From positions 74,896,001-74,960,000 of the forward strand of contig NC_043007.1 of the NCBI RefSeq assembly GCF_006345805.1: a DNA stretch of 64,000 nt. Direction: 5' to 3'. The stretch comes from Octopus sinensis. Its lineage: Eukaryota. Under the pieces are notes generated by a model, which saw only the letters and a program-made list of their open reading frames with translations, did not search any database and was not told where the DNA came from. Positions 50,969 to 63,816 of this stretch are shown here, piece after piece (the stretch's first letter is position 1; each line of letters begins with the position of its first letter). Position numbers and translations under genes: made by a program.

Positions 50969-51431
50969 GTAATTCATTTTTATTTGTTTTTTTATATTGA
51001 ATATAAGCAGTGTTTTGTTAAATATTTGTATAAATCAGGTAGATATCAGAAAATAAAACTGAAAGGGAAAGGAGTTATGTTATTTAGAATGGTTGGGCAA
51101 TGAGCTGGTGGAATCATGCAAGACAAAATGTTTAGTGGCATTTCTTCTAATTCTTTATGTTGTGTGCTCAAAGCCTGCCAAAGTGAACTTTGCTTTCATC
51201 CTTTGGATGGAGTGACATGGGGAAAATAAAGTACCAGTCTTGTACTGGGGATGATGTAATCAATTTGCCTAATTCTTTCTAAATTGCTGGGCTTGTGCCA
51301 AATTTAGAAAGAATTATTTAGAACAGTGTTTTGCAAAGAGAATACCATGAAAAAATTTTATTAAAATTTATTTCATAAAATATTGTTCATCATTTTCAAA
51401 TTTGAGATGAAATATCTTGTAAGTTACTCGA

Positions 51432-52787
51432 TCACCCTGCCATGTAAAAAGCACTGGTGCTGGTGCCATGTAAAAATCACTGGTGCCACATAAAAAGCAC
51501 TGATGCTGGCATCTCATAAAAAGCACTGATGATGGTGCCACAAAAAAAAACACTGGTGATTATGCCTTGGAAAAAGCACCTGTGCTGATACTACATAAAG
51601 AACACTGTTGCTGTTGCATATAGAAAAGCACTGGTTCTGGTTCCACATAAAAGGCACCATTACTGGTACCACATAAAAAGCATTGTTGCTGGTGTCACAT
51701 AGAAAAGCACTGGTGCTGGTGCCACATAAAAGGCACTATTGCTGGTACCACATAAAAGGTACTGTTGCTGGTGTCACATTAAAAACGCCAGTGCTGGTGC
51801 CACATAGAAAAGCACTGGTGCTGGTGCCACATAAAAGGCACTATTGCTGGTACCACATAAAAGGTACTGTTGCTGGTGTCACATTAAAAACGCCAGTGCT
51901 GGTGCCACATAGAAAAGCACTGGTGCTGGTGCCACATAAAAGGCACTATTGCTGGTACCACATAAAAGGTACTGTTGCTGGTGTCACATTAAAAACGCCA
52001 GTGCTGGTGCCACATAGAAAAGCACTGGTGCTGGTGCCACATAAAAGGCACTATTGCTGGTACCACATAAAAGGTACTGTTGCTGGTGTCACATTAAAAA
52101 CGCCAGTGCTGGTGCCACATAGAAAAGCACTGGTGCTGGTGCCACATAAAAGGCACTATTGCTGGTACCACATAAAAGGTACTGTTGCTGGTGTCACATT
52201 AAAAACGCCAGTGCTGGTGCCACATAGAAAAGTACTGGTGCTGGTGCCACATAAAAGGCACTATTGCTGGTACCACATAAAAGGTACTGTTGCTGGTGTC
52301 ACATTAAAAACGCCAGTGCTGGTGCCACATAGAAAAGTACTGGTGCTGGTGCCACATAAAAGGCACTATTGCTGGTACCACATAAAAGTACTGTTGCTGG
52401 TGTCACATTAAAAACGCCAGTGCTGGTGCCACATAGAAAAGTACTGGTGCTGGTGCCACATAAAAGGCACTATTGCTGGTACCACATAAAAGGTACTGTT
52501 GCTGGTGTCACATTAAAAACGCCAGTGCTGGTGCCACATAGAAAAGTACTGGTGCTGGTGCCACATAAAAGGCACTATTGCTGGTACCACATAAAAGGTA
52601 CTGTTGCTGGTGTCACATTAAAAACGCCAGTGCTGGTGCCACATAGAAAAGTACTGGTGCTGGTGCCACATAAAAGGCACTATTGCTGGTACCACATAAA
52701 AGGTACTGTTGCTGGTGTCACATTAAAAACGCCAGTGCTGGTGCCACATAGAAAAGCACTGGTGCTGGTGCCGCATAAAAAGCACAC
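51432..52787 (+). repeat. 26/27-bp monomer array with 105-bp higher-order repeat inside a (GAT)n-tailed retroposon
   Basis: HOR starts at 51791, 51896, 52001, 52106, 52211, 52316, 52420, 52525, 52630, 52735 (partial); decayed monomers 51432-51685; retroposon tail to about 52960. Confidence 0.93.
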
Positions 52788-53144
52788 GATACACTCTGTA
52801 AACTGGTTTGCATTAAGAAAGGCATCCAACTGTAGAAACCATGCTAAAAGAGACAATGGAACAGGTGCAACCTTTGGCCTTACCAATCCCTGTCAAACTA
52901 TTCAACTCATGCCTGCATGGTAAATGGACATTAAATGGTGATGATGATGATGATGAGGCTACAAATGAGAACTGTAGATCAGTTGGGCAGTGTGCAGAAC
53001 AACCAATTAACTCTTGGATTAGATGAGAGTGAAATGAAAGTTGGTAACCAATAAGTCAGCTAGAAAAAGCTGCAATATTTTTTTAACCTGTCTGTCTTTT
53101 ACCCTAATATGCTAATAAAAAGTGTTTCTTGTTCTTATCCACAG

Positions 53145-53266
53145 CTTTCATGCACGAACCCTGGATTTGTACCAAGCAGTATGTTCTCACGGCAATCACC
53201 GAGTTGCCCATGCACTCACAAGACACATTGATGAGAAACAATTATACTATTGTATTGAAAGTGAAT
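53145..53266 (+). CDS. RyR: RyR exon: FHARTLDLYQAVCSHGNHRVAHAL...CIESE
   Basis: ccacag acceptor, gtaagt donor, phase 2 to 1. Confidence 0.95.
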
Positions 53267-53449
53267 GTAAGTTGAATCTCTTTTTGCTCTTATTAGGATG
53301 TAGCAGAGTGGCAGGGAAGATTCATGATTTGAAAAGAATGATATAATACTAAACTAAATTACCCTTCTATATTTGAGTTTAAATTTTGCATTATTTCAGT
53401 CAGTACAAGCATTATACTTACTTTAGGTGTGCCATGTCCAGAATGTGTG

Positions 53450-53755
53450 GAGGAGCAATGGCCCAGTGGTTAGGGCAGTGGACTCGTGGTCAGAGGATCG
53501 CAATTTTGATTCCCAGACCAGGCATTGCATGTGTTTATTGAGCGATAACACCTAAAGCTCCATGAGGTTCCAGCAGGGGGTGGTGGCGACCCCTGTTGTA
53601 CTCTTTCGCCCCCAACTTTCTCTTACTTTCTCTTCCTGTTTCTTGAGTAATACTGTGATGGACTGGCATCCCGTCCAGCTGGGGGGGAACACACACAATC
53701 CACAGAAACCGGGAAACCGGGCCCATGAGCCTGGCTAAGCTTGAAAAGGGCGCAT
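53450..53755 (+). mobile_element. tRNA-headed SINE
   Basis: ggcccagtggttagggcagtggactc head. Confidence 0.8.
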
Positions 53756-53849
53756 AAATAAAATAAATAATGTCCAGAATGTAGGACATAAATCACAGTT
53801 CTCTGATATTTGTTTTCTGTAACAGTTCCACTTCCTGATGTTTAATGCC

Positions 53850-54620
53850 TCTTCCAACCAACTCGTCAAGCTTGACATCCATGTCATCTTTTCTCTGCTT
53901 CTTTTGTCTTCTTTTTTTATTCTATCTTTCTGGTCATCTCTAGGTTGTCTTTCCTCATCACATGACCAAGAAATGTCAGTTGCTTGGCCTTTATCTCACA
54001 AAACAGTTTCCTATTTACCACAGCCTGGGTCATCACTTCTCCATTAGACACTTCGTCTGTCAAAGAAATGCATTTCACAGCTCTCCAAGCACCATCTCAT
54101 TATTTATGTTATTGATCATGCCTCACTTCCATACATTAATACAGGGTAGACATAGCAGTCCAATATATGGATCTTGGTCTTGATACTCAGAGTACAGTTT
54201 CTCAAGATGTTATACAATTTAGAGAATTGTATATTTATCTACTAAATCCATTCCAAATTCCCCTACTTAATACAGCAATCCTTCTAGCTTACAGCGTATC
54301 TGTTACCTGAGTACACCACTCATTAATAAATAATAACTTGAAATCTGCAACTCACTCTATAATCATTACTATCTTCCTAGGATTTTATTTTACAATCCTT
54401 CAAATAATAGAATATAGGAATTTCAACCGTGTTTCGTGGTCTGCTACCACAACAGCTCCTTTATAGGATCCAGTTAGCTCAAGACATCATCAGGATGATA
54501 GTTCCAAGATAGTTGAATGATGATACTTGCTTAATGATTTGGTTGTTCACTTTCAGTATGCATATATCTAGTATAATGCTTGTGTCCCACACAAGCATTA
54601 TACTGGATTCAATTCAATTG
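53850..54620 (-). mobile_element. RTE/BovB-like LINE RT C-terminal remnant
   Basis: KIHILDCYVYPVLMYGSE...VSNGEVM...KQLTFLGHVMRK on the minus strand. Confidence 0.75.
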
Positions 54621-54687
54621 TAGTAGCATAGGAGGAAAGAACAATCCACCCAGGTAACACTTTTATGGGGGTAGCACTTTTGATCAG

Positions 54688-54725
<38 letters not shown>

Positions 54726-54911
54726 TTTCTTGCTACTAGCCTTCCCACACCCATGGGTCTAATCAGATCCTGTCAAACCGTCCAACCCATACCAGCATAG
54801 AAAAACGGACGTTACATTCCACTACTGTCATTATGTCTTTCAGTTTCTTTTATTGGTTATTACCATTTTAAGTTTTCACAAGAGTAATACATTTTGATTA
54901 AATAGTTTCCG

Positions 54912-54949
<38 letters not shown>

Positions 54950-55126
54950 TGTGTGCATGTATGTGTGTGTGTATGTGTGTGTTTTTGCATGCATGTGTAT
55001 GTTTCTACATGTGTGTATCTGTATATATATGTGTGAATCTGTGTGTATGTGTGTACAAGAGTGAAAAAATTTTTAAGCATTATGTTTATACAAATCTAAA
55101 TTCAACATTTCATTTTAATTAATCAG

Positions 55127-55202
55127 ATATGTCAGGTCCTTTAAGACATGGATTCCATGGTTTACTAATTTCTATGCACATGGAGTATCACAGCAAAGCC
55201 AG
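55127..55202 (+). CDS. RyR: RyR exon: MSGPLRHGFHGLLISMHMEYHSKA
   Basis: aatcag acceptor, ag|gtaaga donor, phase 1 to 2. Confidence 0.93.
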
Positions 55203-55232
55203 GTAAGATTTTAGAAATCCTATTTTAATTAA

Positions 55233-55764
55233 CCCTTTAGCATTTAAACTGACCATAACCAGCTAAAATTTTCTACCTGTTTTATGTTCAGATTGGTCAA
55301 ATCAAGCCTCTCACACCTACCTTACAATGTTACTCTAAAAATAAATAATCACATCATTGAAATCTCAAAGCTACAAGTTAATGCATGATTAATTCAAAAC
55401 AATATGAATAAATAAGCATTACATTTGACAGTGAAGGCACATGGCTCAGTAGTTAGAGCATCGAGCTTACAAACATGAGGTTGTGAGTTTGAATCCCAGA
55501 CCGGGCTGCGTGTTGTGTTCTTGAGCAAGACACTTTATTTCACGTTGCTCCAGTTAACTCAGCTGTAGAAATGCGTTGCAGCATCACAGGTGCCAAGCTG
55601 TATCAGCCCCTTTGCCTTTCCCTTGAATAACACTTGTGGCGGGGAGAGGGGAAGTCGGTATGCATGGGCGACTGCTGGTCTTCCATAAACAACCTTGCCC
55701 GGACTTGTGCCTGGGAGGGGGTCTCCGCAACAACATTTGATAAAGTGTTTTGAATGCTAAAGGG
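55233..55764. mobile_element. piggyBac-like MITE interrupted by a SINE (55432-55732)
   Basis: TTAA|CCCTTTAG...CTAAAGGG; SINE flanked by acatttgaca / acatttgata. Confidence 0.75.
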
Positions 55765-55958
55765 ATAAAATAAATTTGAATTCAGTTCACTTTATATAAG
55801 AATTTATTCACTCTAAAGTTTATGCAAATGAAACCATAATAATGTTCATCTAATAAGTATGCTCATCCACTTGCTTAATAAGATTATAGTTTTCATTCTA
55901 AATTATTTACTTGATCTCAAATTATGAAACCATACCCTTGTTCAGCTGATTGGTTTAA

Positions 55959-56183
55959 CTCTTCTGTATTTAAACTGGTTATATCCAACCCAACTCAAAT
56001 TTTCTACCTGTCTTATGTTAAAACAGGTCAGATCTGGCCTCTCACACCTACCCTACAGTGTCATTTCAAAAATATACAATCACATTGTCAAAACCTCAAA
56101 GCTACACTACAATGCATGATTAATTCAAAACAATGTGACTAAATAAGCATCACATTTGACAGAGTAATCTGAATGTTTAAGGG
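55959..56183. mobile_element. piggyBac-like MITE, uninterrupted
   Basis: Body matches 50119-50339; ends aaggg|ttaa. Confidence 0.7.
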
Positions 56184-56260
56184 TTAATAAAATAAGTCTT
56201 TACTTTTTGTTTTTGGATTTGGTTTGCAAGATTCTTTATATGAGTTCGTGTTTTGAAGCA

Positions 56261-56467
56261 TATTCTGTTGTGTCTGGGGAGAGTCATTTTCTTTTTTGTG
56301 CATTATAATTTAACACACTCACCGGTAAAATACCCACTTATTTCTTTTTTGTATTTTTTTATTTAAAAAAAAATTTTTTAATAAGAAATAAGTAGAAATT
56401 TTACCAGTGAGTGTGTTACATTATAAGGTACAAAAAGAAAATGACTCTCCCCAGACAAAACGGAATA
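56261..56467. repeat. Imperfect fold-back palindrome (arms about 85 nt)
   Basis: gtctggggagagtcattttc...acacactcaccggtaaaat versus attttaccagtgagtgtgt...gaaaatgactctccccagac. Confidence 0.85.
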
Positions 56468-56481
56468 TACATAAATATATG

Positions 56482-56555
<74 letters not shown>

Positions 56556-56724
56556 CATACATGAGTCTCCCCAGACACGACAGAAAGTCTTTGCTTATTT
56601 TATCAATAAATAAGTCTTCTATTAATGAATAAGTCTTCACATATTTCATTTTATCTAAAATTATGCATTTTATACTTTTGATTTATTTCAAGTGATATAT
56701 TATAATAATTTATGAATTTCCCAG

Positions 56725-56901
56725 GTTTATGACTCAGAATGAATACATCATACCCCGCAGTGAAAAAACCAGAGCCTTAACTTTATATCGTAAACCAGTC
56801 GAGGCAGCTTCAGTCAAATTAAGTGATACTATACCAAAAGTGGAAGATAGTGTATCAATTCGTCCTTGCCTTTACACTACTGAGAAAGAAATTGAAGACA
56901 G
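56725..56901 (+). CDS. RyR: RyR exon: FMTQNEYIIP...SIRPCL...EIED
   Basis: ttcccag acceptor, ag|gtatgt donor, phase 2 to 2. Confidence 0.92.
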
Positions 56902-58113
56902 GTATGTAACTTTTCAGTTGAGACTGTAGTCTTTATCAATGGTTTATTAGCATCGATATTATTTGAGAGAGGAATTTTTGCTGCAGTGTCAGTACTAGTA
57001 TCAAAGAGTGTAGTTCTCCAATCCATACCGGAGATTTTGACAAGTCTCTGACTTAATCACCCACATCCCTGTGTCACCAATAGTTACCTGCATCGCCAAT
57101 CGTTACCTGCGTCACCTTACTAGCAATCGTTACCTGCATCACCTTATTAGATCATTACCTGCGTCACCTTACTAGCGCTTGTAAGAAAATATTTGAGTGA
57201 GGTCGTTGCCAGTGCCGCTGGACTGGCTCCTGTGCAGGTGGCACATAAAAAGCACCATTTGAGTGTGGCCATTGCCAGTACCACCTAACTGGCCCTCGTG
57301 CTGGTGGCACGTAAAAGCACTCACTACACTCTAGGAGTGGTTTGTGTTAGGAAGGGCATCCAGCTGTAGAAACTCTGCCAGATCAAAACTGGAGCCTGGT
57401 GCAGCCATCTGGTTCACCACACCTCAGTCAAATCGTCCAACCCATGCTAGCATGAAAAGCGGACGTTAAACGACGACGACGACGACCATCATCATCATCA
57501 TCCCCCCCACTTGCTGATATAATAATCCAAGCCTCTACTAACCAGTGTACTTGGCTCATGATCATAAGGTCAGGAGTTCATTCCCTGATGGTACATTGTA
57601 ACCTTGAGCAAGATGCTTCATTTCTTGTTGCTCTAGTCCACTCAGCTGACAATAATGAGTTGTGCCTGTAATTCAAAGAGCCAGACTTGTCACATTCTGT
57701 GTCATGCTGAGTCTCCCTGAGAACTATGTTATGGGTGTATGAGTCTGTGGAGTGCTCAGTCACTTGCATGTTAATTTCATGAGCAGGCGCAGGAGTGGCT
57801 GTGTGGTAAGTAGCCTGCTTACCAACTGCATGGTTCTGGGTTCAGTCCCACTGCAAGGCACCTTGGGCAAGTGTCTTGTGAGTGGATTTGGTAGAGAGAA
57901 ACTGATCATTTTTATTGGAGGCTTTAAACATGCAGTATATATTTATTATACCTTTACATTTATCAGCAATATAAAGATTATAAATGTTTAGTCTGTCAGT
58001 GACTCGGTACTCAGCATCACATGTATAGGCATTGAAAATGTTTTGTTTTTATTTTTTCATGAAATTTACTCTAATAAAGCTGGCCTCTTTCATTTCTTGC
58101 TTCATATTTTCAG

Positions 58114-58263
58114 AGCAAAAACTATCCCCAAAGAGTCTCTCTGTCCATATTATCCAATGGATAAACTAAAACAGCATGTAATATACTCCCTGAATGAAGC
58201 TGTTGTAAAAGGTGCTTCTCATATCAGAGATCCAATTGGTGGAAGCAATGAAAATCTTTTTGT
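58114..58263 (+). CDS. RyR: RyR exon: ...PYYPMDKLK...HIRDPIGGSNENLFV
   Basis: ttttcag acceptor, gtgagt donor, phase 2 to 2; RDPIGGS hallmark. Confidence 0.94.
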
Positions 58264-58863
58264 GTGAGTATTGCAGTAATTCTTCTTGCTTCCTTTATTT
58301 CTGTGCATAGTGTTATCTTAAGGCATAGTCACATTGCTAGTTGTTCAGGGGTTCTAGGAGCTCGATGCTAATCTACATATGTTGCAATTTGCTGTCAATA
58401 AATAAATGTTATAGGCTCCAGTGCATTGCTTTGCCCAGGGATATATAAAGCTATTCAGGCAAACCCATCTATATAAATATATAAATTCAGTATTTAATCT
58501 GTTTTATGCTACTGAAGCACTGTCAAAGTATGATACAAATAGCTATCTATATATTATACATAATGTATATACACAACTGATTAGCCAGTTACTGTGGTAT
58601 TCACCGCAGATAACATCAATGTGTTTACATTAAGTATATTACATAGATGGCTATTTCAATATTTAATGTTCCAATATTTAGAGTCATTCTAGTGATATTT
58701 ATAGAGTTACCATATTTAAACATATACTAAAGTAAAACTAACAGAATATTTATTCTGAATGTTTTCATTTTCTTCCAAATTTTATTAATTAAGTTGTTTC
58801 ATTTTTCCAAATTTCATTCATTAAAATATCTCCCTATACATATTTTCCTCTTCATATTTTTAG

Positions 58864-58979
58864 TCCTCTCTTTCGTGTTTGTGACAACCTTCTGTTGATG
58901 GGATTATTAAACGATGATGACCTCCTAATATTACTAAGCCTCATTGATCCAGCTTCATTTGATCCTAATGGAGAACGAG
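58864..58979 (+). CDS. RyR: RyR exon: PLFRVCDNLLLMG...LIDPASFDPNGER
   Basis: tttttag acceptor, g|gtaaat donor, phase 2 to 1. Confidence 0.93.
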
Positions 58980-59194
58980 GTAAATTTCTGTTATTTCATA
59001 AACCTAGAAATTATCTAAAAAAAATTATCACTTAATTATACAATACACCTTGGCTGCAAAGCAAGTTTCTTAATGACACAGCCCTGTTTGTGGCGTAATT
59101 ATAATTATGATTTCAAATACAATTCATTAACTTTTTTTAATTAATATTTAAATGTTTATTGAAACACTTGTTAATATTTCCTTATTTTGATCAG

Positions 59195-59250
59195 TTGCAG
59201 TAAAACATGGCTTACTTAGTATGGAGTTGGCAGAACCAGTCAAAGTCGAG
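59195..59250 (+). CDS. RyR: RyR exon: (V)AVKHGLLSMELAEPVKVE; alternative in-frame start at 59201
   Basis: atcag|ttgcag| tandem acceptors, gag|gtatgt donor, phase 1 to 0. Confidence 0.9.
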
Positions 59251-60153
59251 GTATGTAGTCTTTTAGTAATTGCATAAGGAACATAATTCTAAACAACAAT
59301 AAAAAGAGAATATTACAGAACATAACTTTTTTTCATTTTTAGTATTACTAACGTAACTAGTCCAGGTATAAAAAAATATTTATGCCTGTATATATGTTCT
59401 TTATGTTCTTAATTTCGTGAGTTTAATTTTTTATTATTTCATATATTATTGGCACTAATGAATTTATCATCATCATCATCATCATCATCATCATCGGTAG
59501 CGGCAGTGGTGTCATCATCATTGTCATTATTTAACGTCCACTTTCTATGCTGGATGGTTTGACAGGGAACCAGTGAACTGCAGGGATCCGTTGAGTTCCA
59601 ATGTCATTTTTGGCATGGTCTCTATGGCTGGGTGCCCTTCCTAATGCCAACCACTTTACAGAGTTTACGGTGTGTACTAGGTGTTTATCTTGTGCCACCA
59701 GCACTAATGTGGTTACCATGTATCTTGGAAGAAAGAGATTGGGAAAAGTTCCCACTACTAAGAGGAACATTTGGGAGAGGGGGAGATGTGTGGCCAGGTC
59801 TATACCTGGTGTTGAAAGGCTAAAGTGTGATAAAGGTGCAAGCTGAAGGAGACAAGAGGTAACCAATTGTTATAAAGTCTTTGGCATTGGGGAATGTAAC
59901 AGGCTTAGGAACCATACCAAAGCAGACTTTGGAGCTTGATGCAGTCCTCCATGGTGGCATGAAAATGATCGTTAAATGATGGTGGTGATGATGATACAAT
60001 TTTGCAGACCAAAAACATCAATGCTTTTTCCGTTCATCTAATGCACACACCCACACATCTAGTTCTTACCATAGTTTGATCTTCTTTTGACCTCTTGCTA
60101 AAACAACACTTCCCAGCACTTACTTAAGTAGTGCTGATTCTACACACACACAC

Positions 60154-60190
<37 letters not shown>

Positions 60191-60628
60191 TGTATGTATG
60201 TATGTATGTATGTATGTATGTATGTATGCATGTATGTGTGAATGTATGTATGTATGCATGTATGTGTGAATGTATGTATGTATGCCTGTATGTATGTATG
60301 CGTGAATGTATGTATGTATGCATGTATGTGTGTATTTGTACTGTCTATTAGTCGTAAGACACCCGCTGTTTTTGTCCTGTTTTTACCATTATTGTTTTTT
60401 GTATTTTATATTCGTGTGGCATCGTCTGTTTTTCTGTCCCTGTTTCGTATACATTCGATCCTTCTTCCAAGAAATCTAATGCTCGTAGCTTAGTTTTTCC
60501 TTGGGGCTGGCCGGATCGGAGCGATCTCAAGATTAATCAGCCGAAATTGCTAGGCTTCGAATGTCTCGTCCTTTTTTTTTGTAACGTCTTCTAAATGTTT
60601 TACGTTCTTGTCCCAGTTTGTATTTTTC

Positions 60629-60708
<80 letters not shown>

Positions 60709-61285
60709 GCAAAAAGTGAGCTAAGAGAAATAACTCAGAGTCGCCAGTGGCATGTATTCAAACAACATAGACAAACACAGATATATCAAATACCATACAC
60801 CATAAATTCTTTATCTATTGAAACCATTTCCAGAGGATGTGTCATAATTACCAAATGGCAATTATGGCCAGATCCACTTGAGAAGGGGAGGTAATCAAAA
60901 GAAACAAAAATTGTCTAAAGTTGACATGTCATTAAACAAAAAGATGGACGTATTCTCTGGAGATAAGAGGACAATTTTGGGTACATGTGTTTGTGGCTCA
61001 GTAGCTATACCTGTATTTGCCATATATATGCATGTGCGTGTATGTGTATATGTGTACATGCATGTGTGTGTATGTGTGTGTGCACGCATTTGTGTATGTG
61101 TACATGCATATATATATGTGTGTGTGTGAAAGACTGTATATTTATTGGTGTATGGAAACAATATTGTTTAAATTTTAAACAACTCAAAGACATCATCTGC
61201 ATGAAAAACAATTACTACATATAATTTTATTGAATTAATTTTTAAATAAAGATGCTAATAATATGATATAAATATTCTTTAACAG

Positions 61286-61384
61286 ATGTGTCGAATTCTG
61301 CAGCATTTATGTGACTACCAGTTGCGACATCGTGTTGAAACTATAGTTGCATTTTCTGATCATTTTGTGGGAGAATGCCAAACA
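61286..61384 (+). CDS. RyR: RyR exon: [33 protein letters not shown]
   Basis: aacag acceptor, gtaagt donor, phase 0 to 0. Confidence 0.95.
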
Positions 61385-61604
61385 GTAAGTCATTTGTTTG
61401 CTTTCATCTTTATCTATTTAATTCTTTATTTTCATTCGAAAATCCTAAGTGATAATGCTAAGCATCATGATATTAGTTCTCAGCCTGAAGACCTGTTAGA
61501 AATGCATGCAACAGTGAGCCCTACTTAAGACCCACAAGGATCATCCGGTTTTCTTGTATCTCTATGTGATGGACATTATTACGATGTCCTAGGGGGGTGG
61601 GATG

Positions 61605-61940
61605 AATCTGATAAAAGATTCCGCCGGTTACGACGATGAGGGTCCCAGCTGATACGATCAACGGAACAGCTTGCTCGTGAAATTAACGTGCAAATGGCTG
61701 AGCATTCCACAGACACGTGTACCCTTAACGTAGTTCTCGGGGATAATCAGCGTGACACAGAGAGTGACAAGGCTGACCCTTTGAAATACAAGTACAACTC
61801 ATTTTTGCCAGCTGAGTGGACTGGAGCAACGTGAAATAAAGTGTCTTGCTCAAGGACACAACGCGTCGCCGGGAATCGAACTCACAACCTTACGATCATG
61901 AGCCGAATGCCCTAACCACTCAGCCACGCGCCCTCACGCA
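61605..61940 (-). mobile_element. tRNA-headed SINE (662-984 family), CpG-rich young copy
   Basis: Reverse complement of the 662-984 consensus. Confidence 0.8.
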
Positions 61941-62256
61941 TGAATCTGATAAGGTGTGGCAGTGTGGTTAAGAAGACTGCTTCCCAAACACATATTTTCA
62001 GGTTAGTCCCTTTAAGTAGCACCTGGGGCAAGTGTCTTCTACTATAGACTCTGGCTGAGTCTATAAGCATCAAATGGCTATGAGGGTCCACTCAAATTAA
62101 ATTGGAATCAAGGGAGTCTATGGGTAAAAAAATGTTTGAGAACTAGATATAGAGGCTCCTTCATTTTTATTGGAAACATTTTTGTGCTTCAATTATGAAA
62201 TAACAAAACACTTCATGACTTTGATATCTGAATGCTTCCAATATTTCCGTTTCCAG

Positions 62257-62355
62257 GACCAGTTGCGTCGTTACAATACCATCAAACAATCAGATCTTCC
62301 TTCTGCTGTTACTGCTAAGAAAACCAGGGAATTTCGATGTCCACCACAACAACAG
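62257..62355 (+). CDS. RyR: RyR exon: [33 protein letters not shown]
   Basis: ttccag acceptor, cag|gtatag donor, phase 0 to 0. Confidence 0.95.
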
Positions 62356-62554
62356 GTATAGAATTTCATCATTATTTGCAAGTAATAAGTTTTATATTTA
62401 CATGTATGTATATTTACTTACTCACATAGGAAGTTCTAGGTTTGAGTTCTAGGCACGACTCTTTGGGTTTAGGTTTTCTACCATAGAGTCAAGTCTTGTA
62501 AGAAAAATTTATAAACAGAAATTGCATGTATTATTTGTGTGTGTGTGTGTGTGT

Positions 62555-62599
<45 letters not shown>

Positions 62600-63542
62600 G
62601 ACCTTGTTAACTTGTCTTCAGCAATAAGTAGTCCTAGTTTTACATCAATCAAAATATAATGCTTTCCATTAATTAAAAAGATTATCCTACTGTAAACTCT
62701 TTAAGAAAAACAGGTATAGCTCAGTAGTTGAGAAGCTTACTTCCCAACCAAGTGATCTTGGGTTCAGTTCCACTGTGAGAGATGTTTGGTAATGTGCATG
62801 TGTGTGTGGGGGGTGGGGTATTAGTGTGTACCCTTGTGTAGACATCATGTGATGTCTATAAATGAACATCATTGTCATTCAAGCAAGGTTGCTTGCTTCC
62901 ACTCTTCCATGAAAAACATATCTGGCCATGGGAAAATATTACCTTGCTTAGAAACAGGTGAAAGTTGGCAACCGAAAGAGCATCCAGCTGTAGAAAATCT
63001 ACTTCAACAAATTCTATCTACCCCTTGCAAGAATAGAAAAGTGGATGTTAAAATGACAATGATGATTGTCAATAAACCACTTCAGAATGTTGTCCTCAGC
63101 AAACCCTTTTGATCCAGTAGCATACAATAACACTCATAAAATCTATAACCACAAAGAAAATATTAATTCAAAGAATCAAATAGGAATTCTATGCAATTTG
63201 AATATTTGTTGTTTTTCTGAAAAGCAATTTGATGCATTTTAATGTATGAAATTACTGTATTTGATAGTATGTAAGATGCACTTATTTTCCAAGGAAATTT
63301 CTCAAAAAGTCTCTCCACATCCTATATGAGAAGTTGGCCTCGATTACATGTTTTAGCATATCAAAAGCAATTTTCTCCTAAATATACTCTACTAAAATTA
63401 GTATACATCTATCATGCTCATGCATTTTTTACACCATCAAACACAGTACTATATATGTTTAATTTACCAATTTTTCCTTTAGAAAATATTTCAGAAATGT
63501 TTCTAAATATTAAAATTTGTTTTTAATTTTTCCCATTCTTAG

Positions 63543-63816
63543 ATGAAGAATCTTCTTAAATTCAAATCTGAAGAAGAATTTGATGAAGACATTTGTGCAT
63601 GCCGAGAAGATTTTCGAGAGTCTCTTTTGAATTACCATCAAACTTTAATGATTCATTGTGAAATGCCAACTTTGCAAAAACAACCTGAAGCAAATGAAAC
63701 TGAGCAGTTAGATGACTCGCCGAAATCGATGAAAGAAAAATTAAAAAGCTTGATCTGGAGGGTTAAAAAAGAAGAAGAAATCAAAGAAAAATCATCTGAC
63801 GAAGAAACCAAAAATG
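63543..63816 (+). CDS. RyR: RyR exon: MKNLLKFKSEEE...LLNYHQTLMIHC...EETKN
   Basis: ttcttag acceptor, g|gtatag donor, phase 0 to 1. Confidence 0.92.

Larger units (their letters stand above)
1455..63816 (+). other. RyR: Ryanodine receptor gene, internal part (27 core exons; 5' and 3' ends outside window)
   Basis: Spliced translation carries RyR hallmarks: [101 protein letters not shown]. All junctions are GT-AG and phase-consistent. Confidence 0.97.

Noticed and set aside
51683-52923. Long ORFs (242 and 184 aa) and CRISPR-like periodicity
   Set aside because: The 105-bp unit is a multiple of 3 and lacks stops, so the ORFs are artefacts. There are no unique spacers or cas genes, and the context is a eukaryotic intron.
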